Shown here: one piece after another, positions 57,081-64,000 of the stretch
Numbering within the stretch: the stretch's first letter is position 1
Layout: every line of letters begins with the position of its first letter
NCBI GenBank assembly: GCA_046583355.1
Contig: JAYGCM010000009.1
Coordinates: 44,101 to 108,100, forward strand
Direction: 5' to 3'
DNA length: 64,000 nucleotides
Source of the DNA: Deltaproteobacteria bacterium
Lineage (GTDB): Bacteria; Desulfobacterota; Binatia; UBA12015
The notes under the pieces: generated by a model
What the model was told of the DNA's origin: nothing
The model's input: the letters and a program-made list of their open reading frames with translations, nothing else
Databases searched by the model: none
Program-made: the position numbers and the translations under genes

Positions 57081-59084
57081 ATGCGATTTACGATGCCCGG
57101 GTTGCTTGTCTCCTTGTTCTTTCTCGCTGCATGCGGTGGTAGCTCGGCGCCTGCGCCCATGCTGCCCACCCCGACACCGGCACCGCCAGAGCAGGAGAAG
57201 ATCCATATCGACCTCGTAGACGCCGACCGCTGTGAGATCCTCGACCCGAGGCATTGCCTGCTGCCCTTCCCCAGCGATGCACTCACCCGCGCCGACGCGA
57301 CCAGTGATACCGGTCGCCGCGTCAACTTCAATATCGACTCCATGCTCGCCAACGCCGAGGGCGTGCTGCTCGACCCCACCGAATGGAACCGCAACGACGG
57401 CTTCAGCCCCGGCCCCATCCTCATCACGCATATAGCCGGCGTCGATACGGGCAGTTCCGCACTTCCGCCGGTCACCGACCTTGCGCGCAGCATGGACACC
57501 GACGCGAGCATCGTCCTCCTCGATGCCGATACCGGCGCGCGCGTGCCCTTCTGGGCCGAACTCGATTCGTCCTTTCCCGCCGGCGAGGCGCCGCCCCTTC
57601 TCATCCGGCCGGCCACCGCCCTGCTCGAAGGCCACCGCCATATTGTCGCCCTACGCGGCATGAAGATGGCCGACGGTAGCGCGATTGCGGCCGGCGAGGT
57701 TTTCGCCGCTTACCGCGACGCCATACTCACAGATTCCGACGCGCTTGAGGCACGCCGTCCTGCAATGGAAGCGATCTTCGCCGACCTCGAAACCGCCGGC
57801 ATCGGCCGAGATGACCTCTTTCTCGCCTGGGATTTCACCATCGCGAGCCAGCGCTCCCTCTCCGAGCGTCTGCTGCATATTCGCGATGATGCCTTTGCCG
57901 CACTCGGCGACGATGCTCCCTCCTTCCGCGTCGATTCGATTGCCGATGGCGGCACCGCGCATATCGTCACCGGAACCTTCGACGTTCCGCTCTACCTGAT
58001 AGGCGAGGGCGCGCCGGGCAGTGTCTTCAACGACACCGGCGGCGACTCTCTGCCCATGCGCAACGGAATCCGCAGCGCTAATTTTGTCTGCACGGTACCC
58101 AAGGGCGCCACCCCGGCCGACCCGGCCCGGCAATGGGTCTTCGGCCACGGACTGCTCGGTGCTGCCGGCCAGACAGTCGGCCTGGGGGTGCCCGGCGGCG
58201 CGCTGAATATTGGGTTCTGCGGCGGCGATTGGATCGGTATGTCGAGCGAAGATATTGGTCAAATCACGACCGCATTGGCCGATCTCACCGAATTCCGAGC
58301 TGTGGCGGATAGGCTCCAACAGGGCCAGCTCGAGTTTCTTTTTCTCGGCCGCGCGATGATCCACCCCGAAGGCTTCGGTAGCCACCCCGCCTTCCAGAAC
58401 GAGACCGGCGCTTCGGTTCTGAGCGAGACCGACCTCTCCTTCCTGGGGGCCAGCCAGGGAGGCATCCTTGGCGGTGCTACGACCGCCATGGCAACCGATT
58501 GGACACGCGCCGTGATGGCAGTCGGTGCCGCGAATTATAGCCTGCTGATTCCGCGCAGTGTCGACTTCGACGCCTTCCAGCCGTTCTTCACAGCTGCCTA
58601 CCCAGAAGCGCTCGACCGCAAATTGGGTTTTGCCCTCATTCAGATGCTCTGGGATAGAGGCGAGGCCAACGCCTATCTGCAGCATCTGGGATCAGACCCC
58701 TACCCGAATACGCCCGCCCATGATGTGCTCTATCTCGCCGCCTTTGCCGACCATCAGGTCACCAACGTCGCTACAGAATATGCGGCGCGCTCGATCGGCG
58801 CGAAGATCCGCCAGCCCGGCCTACGCCCTGGTCGCAGTACAGCAGTACTCGACTTCTGGGGCATGGACCCGGTGCCCTCCTACCCCTGGGAAGGCAACGC
58901 GCTGGTGATGTGGGATTACGGAACGCCGGCGCCGCCGGTTGCAAACCTCCCGGCGCGCGAAGGCAGCGACCCGCATGGCAGAGCCGGCGACGTCCCCGCC
59001 GTCCTCATCATGGTGGCCGAATACCTCAAGGAGGGCGGTGCGCTAATCGACGTCTGCGGCGGCGCCGCCTGCGTCACGGAATAG
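57081..59084 (+). CDS. Lipoprotein with lipase-like alpha/beta hydrolase domain
   Basis: Lipobox LAAC; LPFPSD, NDGFSP, FGHGLLG, GASQGG, DHQV. Confidence 0.8.
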   Translation: MRFTMPGLLVSLFFLAACGGSSAPAPMLPTPTPAPPEQEKIHIDLVDADRCEILDPRHCLLPFPSDALTRADATSDTGRRVNFNIDSMLANAEGVLLDPTEWNRNDGFSPGPILITHIAGVDTGSSALPPVTDLARSMDTDASIVLLDADTGARVPFWAELDSSFPAGEAPPLLIRPATALLEGHRHIVALRGMKMADGSAIAAGEVFAAYRDAILTDSDALEARRPAMEAIFADLETAGIGRDDLFLAWDFTIASQRSLSERLLHIRDDAFAALGDDAPSFRVDSIADGGTAHIVTGTFDVPLYLIGEGAPGSVFNDTGGDSLPMRNGIRSANFVCTVPKGATPADPARQWVFGHGLLGAAGQTVGLGVPGGALNIGFCGGDWIGMSSEDIGQITTALADLTEFRAVADRLQQGQLEFLFLGRAMIHPEGFGSHPAFQNETGASVLSETDLSFLGASQGGILGGATTAMATDWTRAVMAVGAANYSLLIPRSVDFDAFQPFFTAAYPEALDRKLGFALIQMLWDRGEANAYLQHLGSDPYPNTPAHDVLYLAAFADHQVTNVATEYAARSIGAKIRQPGLRPGRSTAVLDFWGMDPVPSYPWEGNALVMWDYGTPAPPVANLPAREGSDPHGRAGDVPAVLIMVAEYLKEGGALIDVCGGAACVTE

Positions 59085-60395
59085 CTCTGAGAAAAAAACA
59101 GGGCGCACTTCTCGCACCGGCGGCCCGCCGATCACGCGGAGGCGTTCCGCCTTCTGGCCGCGCAACGCGCGGGCCAGAGGCAGGAGCGTCTCGTCCGAGA
59201 GGCCCGCAAGAGCCGCCAACGCGCGGATCCGCAGAACCAATACCTCGGCAGGTGCCTGGGCGGGGCCGATCTTCAACTCGGCACGCAAAGCGCGGTCGAT
59301 CCGGTCGATGGCCGGACGGATCTCCTCGCCCAGATCCACAATCGCGAGGCTGCCGCGGGCGGTGGCGAGGTGCTGGCGCTGCACCGCCTTGGCCGCCGCA
59401 AATTGCGCGCGCACGAAGACCAGATGCTGCTCTACGTCCAATCCGGCGGCGCCGGCCGCCGCCCGCGCACGCTGCTCGATGATGGCTTCGCGCGGCGCAT
59501 CGTCAATCGCCAACCCGCGCGCGGCTTTCACCTCGGCCACAAAGGGCATCACCTGCAACCGCCGCGCGACCAGATCGGTCAAGCGCGCATCGTGCACCGA
59601 GAGGGTGGTGGCCGCCATGGGGAAATGCCGCGCACGCAGCGCAGCCATCCGGCCGCTGGCCTCCATCCCGGCCAACCATTCATCGAGCCTATCGGCGAGC
59701 TCAGGCTGATCCTTCGCCACCCAATAGGCCTTGCGGTCGCGCCGCAGCACGCGCGCCAGGTGCGGCCGTGGCGTGAAACTCGCAAGCTCAAGCGAGTCGG
59801 TCACGACCACATCCACCTCGCCACTGGCGAGGCGCGCGGGCAGAGAACGGTTATCGTCCACCAGCACAAACTCGGCGTGCGGCAAGGCGGCACGGGCTAC
59901 CTTCTCCAGATGCCCGCCGCGATTCACCGCAACACGCACACCCTGCAAATCGAGTTTTGCCTCGTCGGCCAACTCGCGCACAACGGCAAGTGCCGCGGCT
60001 TCGGCTACCGCACGCGTCATCGGTGCCTGGATCAGGCGGTCGCCGCGCACGGTTACGCCGCTCATCACGAGATCGAAATCCCCTTGCGCGAGCCGGCCCG
60101 AAAGTTCCGGCCAGGCAAAAGGAACGACCTCCAGGCGGCGCCCATCGGCTGCGGCCCATGCGCCTGCCATCTCGACATCGAAACCCTGGAGCTGTCCCTG
60201 CGCGCCGCGCCAGGTAAAGGGCGGGTAATCGCCGCTCATGCCAACCCGCAGGGGCCGTGTACAGCCAGTGATCAGCAGCACCACGGCAGTCGTAAGCAGC
60301 AGAGCCGCGCGCCGGCGCCGAACGCATAAATCAGCGCGGGCAGGCGAGGCATTGCACTTTTCTGCCAGCCTTCTACGTTCATTCCATGATCGCAT
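59043..60395 (-). CDS. Exported cyclohexadienyl dehydratase (PheC-like) fused to AroQ-gamma chorismate mutase (start uncertain)
   Basis: Lipobox ITGC; SGDYPPF, VNRGG, TDSLE, KAYW; then RRLQVMPFVAEVK..IDDAPRE..AKAVQ..IRPAID. Confidence 0.8.
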   Translation of the reverse strand: MRSWNERRRLAEKCNASPARADLCVRRRRAALLLTTAVVLLITGCTRPLRVGMSGDYPPFTWRGAQGQLQGFDVEMAGAWAAADGRRLEVVPFAWPELSGRLAQGDFDLVMSGVTVRGDRLIQAPMTRAVAEAAALAVVRELADEAKLDLQGVRVAVNRGGHLEKVARAALPHAEFVLVDDNRSLPARLASGEVDVVVTDSLELASFTPRPHLARVLRRDRKAYWVAKDQPELADRLDEWLAGMEASGRMAALRARHFPMAATTLSVHDARLTDLVARRLQVMPFVAEVKAARGLAIDDAPREAIIEQRARAAAGAAGLDVEQHLVFVRAQFAAAKAVQRQHLATARGSLAIVDLGEEIRPAIDRIDRALRAELKIGPAQAPAEVLVLRIRALAALAGLSDETLLPLARALRGQKAERLRVIGGPPVREVRPVFFSELFRDAGGAAADVD

Positions 60396-61003
60396 GCCTT
60401 GACCTCGAAGGAGTTCTCATTCCGGAAGTCTGGATCAACGTCGCTGAGCGCACGGGGATCGAAGCTCTGAAGCGTACCACACGCGAGGAGCCTGATTACG
60501 ATAAATTGATGCAATACCGGCTGGATATCCTTGACCAGCACGGAATCAAGCTGCCGCAGATCCAGGAAGTCATCGACGGCATGGGGCCCCTGCCCGGCGC
60601 CAAGGACTTCCTCCTCTGGCTCAAAAGCCATGCGCAGGTGATCATCCTCTCCGATACCTTCTACCAATTCGCGCACCCTCTGATGCGCCAACTCGAGTTC
60701 CCTTGCCTCTTCTGCCACCGCCTGGAGGTCGAAGACGATGGGCATATCAGCGGCTATAAGCTGCGTATCGACGACGGCAAGCGGCGCGCGGTCAACGCGC
60801 TCAAGGAGCTGAACTTCCACGTCGTGGCCGCGGGCGACTCCTACAACGACACCAGTATGCTCGGCGCAGCCGATGGCGGCATCCTCTTCCAGCCGCCACA
60901 GAACGTCATCGACGAATTCCCGCAATATCCCGTCGCGACAGATTATGACCAGCTACGCCGCGAGTTCATCGCCGCCTCGAACGGCGAGATTCCCGCCGAT
61001 TGA
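60386..61003 (+). CDS. thrH: Phosphoserine phosphatase / homoserine phosphotransferase
   Basis: CLDLEGVLIPEVW, ILSDTFYQF, AAGDSYNDTSML. Confidence 0.95.
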   Translation: MIACLDLEGVLIPEVWINVAERTGIEALKRTTREEPDYDKLMQYRLDILDQHGIKLPQIQEVIDGMGPLPGAKDFLLWLKSHAQVIILSDTFYQFAHPLMRQLEFPCLFCHRLEVEDDGHISGYKLRIDDGKRRAVNALKELNFHVVAAGDSYNDTSMLGAADGGILFQPPQNVIDEFPQYPVATDYDQLRREFIAASNGEIPAD

Positions 61004-61035
61004 TGCGGCTTCTTCTCATAGGCTAAGGTTCGCAC

Positions 61036-61500
61036 ATGATTCAGATCGACAGGACGCTCTACAACGAGATCAAGACGCACGCCCTCGAATGTTTTCCCGA
61101 GGAATGCTGCGGCTTCATCCTCTACGATATCGAAGAAGACAAAGAAGTCGTTCGCCGGATCACCAACGTCGCGACCATCCGGCACGAGGCCGACCCCAAG
61201 AGCTTCCCGCGCGACGGCACCGATGGCTACATCATGGAGGAAAAGCAGCTCCTCAAGATGAACCAGAACCTCGACTCAGGCGCCTTTGAGTTGCGCTCGA
61301 TCTACCATTCTCACCCCAACGGCAAGGCTTATTTCTCCAAAGAAGACGAGTCGCGGGCCATGATCTGGGACGAGCCGATCTACCCCGAAGCGCTCTATAT
61401 CGTGCTCGGCGTCGACGGCACCTCGGTCAACGGCATGTCCGCCCACCAATGGAATGAAGAGCGTCGCGAGTTCGAAGACGTGCGCATCCACCGCGCTTAG
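61036..61500 (+). CDS. JAMM/MPN+ (M67) metallopeptidase, Mec-like
   Basis: PEECCG and IYHSHPNGKAYFSKED JAMM motif. Confidence 0.88.
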   Translation: MIQIDRTLYNEIKTHALECFPEECCGFILYDIEEDKEVVRRITNVATIRHEADPKSFPRDGTDGYIMEEKQLLKMNQNLDSGAFELRSIYHSHPNGKAYFSKEDESRAMIWDEPIYPEALYIVLGVDGTSVNGMSAHQWNEERREFEDVRIHRA

Positions 61501-61613
61501 GCGCGCGGGCTCTCGCCGGCCCTGACATCCGGCAGCAGCAGCAGGAAAAAGCATCGCCAGTGGGCCGCCGATACAGGCCAGCCCCGTGTAACAAATGAGA
61601 TCCGCCCGCATGA

Positions 61614-61781
61614 TCGCGGCGCTTGCGGCGCGACCGGGAACTCGCGTTTTACGGCGCCGAAGACCTGGCCCCCTCCAGTTTCTACCAGAAGGAAGACGGC
61701 AGCGAAGCCAGAACGGGAGCACGGCGGGTCGTCGAGTTCGCGCTGCGCTTCCTGGAACTCACCGACCCAGCCCAAAACTGA
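61614..61781 (+). pseudogene. C-terminal fragment of a HEPN-domain protein
   Basis: 55 codons after an in-frame TGA: SRRLRRDRELAFYGAEDLAPSSFYQKEDGSEARTGARRVVEFA (R-x4-Y HEPN-like). Confidence 0.55.
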
Positions 61782-61804
61782 AGCGGAGACGCCGCCGAAG
61801 CGAC

Positions 61805-61860
61805 GCCGGGCCTCTAGAAGTTCGGCCGAAAAGTAGGCCTGCGCCCGGACGCATCAGGTC
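61805..61860. mobile_element. Degenerate MITE/REP-like ends back-to-back around CTAG
   Basis: GCCGGGCCT|CTAG|AAGTTCGGCCGAAAAGTAGGCCTGC matches the 12443 and 31595 copies. Confidence 0.5.
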
Positions 61861-62883
61861 CTATAGGCGAGCTATCACGGCGTCGGCGAAGCCTTCGGTC
61901 GTGAGCGAGCCGCCGATATCACGGGTCGTCTCGCCCGCCGCCAGGGCGCCGTCGTAGGCCGCCTTGATGCGCCCAGCCACCGCCCGACAGGCCTCATCGC
62001 CGCGCGATTCGGCGAGGTGGTTCAGCAGCATCACGGCCGACATCAGGAGCGCGAGCGGGTTGGCCACACCCTGCCCGGCGAGGTCCGGCGCCGAACCATG
62101 CACGGCCTCGAAAACCGCGATCTCCTCGCCGAGATTCGCGCCCGGCACAACGCCCAGACCACCCACCAAGCCGGCACAGAGGTCACTCACGACGTCGCCG
62201 TAGAAGTTCTCCATCAACAGGACATCGAAACGTGAGGGATCCTGCACCAGTTTCATGCATCCGGCATCGATGATCCATTCCTCGTACTCGATCTGCGGGA
62301 ATTCCTGCGCATGCGCCTCGCGCGCACAGCGCAGAAAGAGGCCGTCGGTGAGCTTCATGATATTCGCCTTGTGGAAGACCGTCACCTTTTTGCGGCCGCG
62401 CCTTTGCGCATATTCGAAGGCAGCCCGCGCGATTCGCCGACTGGCGCGCTCGGTGGCAACCTTGAGCGAAGTCACGACGCCCTCGGTGATTTCGTTCTCG
62501 ACCCCGCTGTAGAGGCCCTCGGTATTCTCCCGCACCACGACGAGGTCGACATCGTCGTAACGCGTCTCGACGCCGCGAAGATTCCGCACCGGGCGGATCG
62601 CCGCGTAGAGATCGAGGGTTTTGCGCAGCTTCACGTTCACCGAGGTGAAACCCTCTCCCACCGGCGTCGTGCAAGGCCCCTTTAGGGCAATGCCGGTACG
62701 GCGGATCGCCGCCACGGTGACGTCAGGCAGGACTTCGAGGCCACGCTCGAGCGCCGCCAGCCCGGCAAATTCCTCGCTCCATTCCAGCGGTGCTGCGGCC
62801 GCATCCAGCACGCGGCGCACGGCCGCCGATACCTCCGGCCCGATGCCGTCGCCCGCCACCAGAACCACATCATGCTTTGTCAT
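61861..62883 (-). CDS. Isocitrate/isopropylmalate dehydrogenase family, probably NAD-dependent IDH
   Basis: GDGIGPEV, SVNVKLRK, RENTEGLY, HKANIMK, EAVHGSAPD. Confidence 0.9.
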   Translation of the reverse strand: MTKHDVVLVAGDGIGPEVSAAVRRVLDAAAAPLEWSEEFAGLAALERGLEVLPDVTVAAIRRTGIALKGPCTTPVGEGFTSVNVKLRKTLDLYAAIRPVRNLRGVETRYDDVDLVVVRENTEGLYSGVENEITEGVVTSLKVATERASRRIARAAFEYAQRRGRKKVTVFHKANIMKLTDGLFLRCAREAHAQEFPQIEYEEWIIDAGCMKLVQDPSRFDVLLMENFYGDVVSDLCAGLVGGLGVVPGANLGEEIAVFEAVHGSAPDLAGQGVANPLALLMSAVMLLNHLAESRGDEACRAVAGRIKAAYDGALAAGETTRDIGGSLTTEGFADAVIARL

Positions 62884-63076
62884 GCCAAACCCCGCTCTCC
62901 CCCTCCTTTCTTACCCGATCCTGGGCCAGCTCTCACACCAGAAAGTCGTGTGGCGCTTGCCGTCGCATTCGCAATTCACGAGCCTTGGCGACAGCGCCGT
63001 GGCCCGATCCAGAATTTCGACCCGCCGCAGACCAGCTGAGGGTCAGCCTCCCGGCCAAACAAGCCGAGCGTCGGGT

Positions 63077-64000
63077 TCACTCGCTACCGGAGTCAGGCGC
63101 GGGCTTGGTTCCTTCGTTTGCGCCGCCACCGCGCCGGCCGCGCCGGCGACGACGCCGACGCTTCGGGTTTTGCCCCTCGGCGCTTTTGCCCTCGGCGGAA
63201 GCCTCGACCCGGCCACCGCCGGATCTTTGACGGCCACCGCCGCGACCTTTTTTGCGCCCGCGGCGCTTGGGTACCGAGATTGCCTGGAAAAAGGTCGCGG
63301 GTCGCTCCGGGCGGCCCCGGCAGATATCGCAAAGGCCGCAAGCCTCGCCGTCGTCCTCGCCAAAATAGGAGCGCAGATAGACCGCGCGGCAGATATCGCT
63401 TTTGGCGTAATCGGCCAATGAATCGAGGCGGCGTGAGTCCTGGGTCCGCAGGTTGGCGAACTGGCCTGCCAGCGCACGGACCTTTGCTTCGATCTCGTCG
63501 ATCGGCACCAAAACCTCGACCAGCTTTTCTTCATTGAAGCGCACAATACAGGCCTCTTCGATCGGCACGAGCAAGGCATTGGTCGTGCGCTCGCCAAGTT
63601 CGGCCGAGAGCGCCAGCGATTTGAGGTCGGGCTTACGCCCCTCGCCCGCCCACGCCGCGAGTGCATCGCCCAGGCGATAGAGCTGTTCGGGACGGAGCCG
63701 GCTGCGCGAGAGCAGCGCCTCATGCGTTTTGCGGTCTTCTTCGGCGTCATGCAGCAAGATGCAATTCGCCTTGTTGCCGTCGCGCCCGCTGCGCCCGGCT
63801 TCCTGTACATATTGTTCGAGGGACGCCGGCGATTGGGCATGCGCGACATAGCGAATATCGGGTTTGTCGATACCGAGGCCGAAGGCGCTTGTCGCCACCA
63901 TGAGGGTGCGACGCCCGGGCTTCATGAACAACTCCTGCTCGGAGTTCCGGTCTTTGGCGGTCATCTTGCCGTGGTAACGGTGCGCCGGGATTCCCAGCTT
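63077..64000 (-). CDS. recQ: RecQ family DNA helicase, 3' part (5' end beyond the window)
   Basis: YHG, VATSAFGLGIDKPDIR, YVQEAGRSGRDG, Zn-binding CR..YFGE..CGLCDIC, Arg-rich tail. Confidence 0.9.
   Translation of the reverse strand, partial: KLGIPAHRYHGKMTAKDRNSEQELFMKPGRRTLMVATSAFGLGIDKPDIRYVAHAQSPASLEQYVQEAGRSGRDGNKANCILLHDAEEDRKTHEALLSRSRLRPEQLYRLGDALAAWAGEGRKPDLKSLALSAELGERTTNALLVPIEEACIVRFNEEKLVEVLVPIDEIEAKVRALAGQFANLRTQDSRRLDSLADYAKSDICRAVYLRSYFGEDDGEACGLCDICRGRPERPATFFQAISVPKRRGRKKGRGGGRQRSGGGRVEASAEGKSAEGQNPKRRRRRRRGRRGGGANEGTKPAPDSGSE

Noticed and set aside
61036..61500. JAMM protein as a CBASS or Bil-type defence component
   Set aside because: No cyclase, E1/E2 or ubiquitin-like genes nearby; sequence is Mec-like.

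Overview
GC-rich bacterial chromosomal segment, mostly housekeeping and lipid/xenobiotic catabolism genes: fadD3-like and other CoA ligases, two acyl-CoA dehydrogenases, two F420-type LLM oxidoreductases, a Baeyer-Villiger monooxygenase, SDRs, GSTs, epoxide hydrolase, ccmABCD, infC, msrA, nth, hppA, phoD, argC, thrH, an IDH-like gene and a partial recQ. Gene content suggests a deltaproteobacteria-like lineage such as Binatia or Myxococcota (inference only). I found no rRNA, tRNA, CRISPR array or intact transposase. Most notable items: (1) a three-gene module at 48458-54272 in which a large STAND ATPase regulator is divergent, across a GTGACA-N5-TGTCAC palindrome, from a translationally coupled pair encoding a secreted TIMP/OB-fold-like protein and a prodomain-less matrixin-type metzincin with a CARDB-like tail; (2) a marine-type sortase with both catalytic His and Cys substituted, coupled to a 15-codon leader ORF; (3) a dispersed family of short inverted-repeat elements (end motif AGGCCCGGCCGAAAAG) at CTAG/CCAG sites, often on TAG stop codons; (4) an exported cyclohexadienyl dehydratase-chorismate mutase fusion; (5) gene relics (epimerase, PhyH-like, nitroreductase, HEPN, a vestigial shikimate dehydrogenase tail on AroD); (6) an orphan AUG-initiated infC with a repeat tail. 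All family calls come from motif recognition by eye; no database searches were run.
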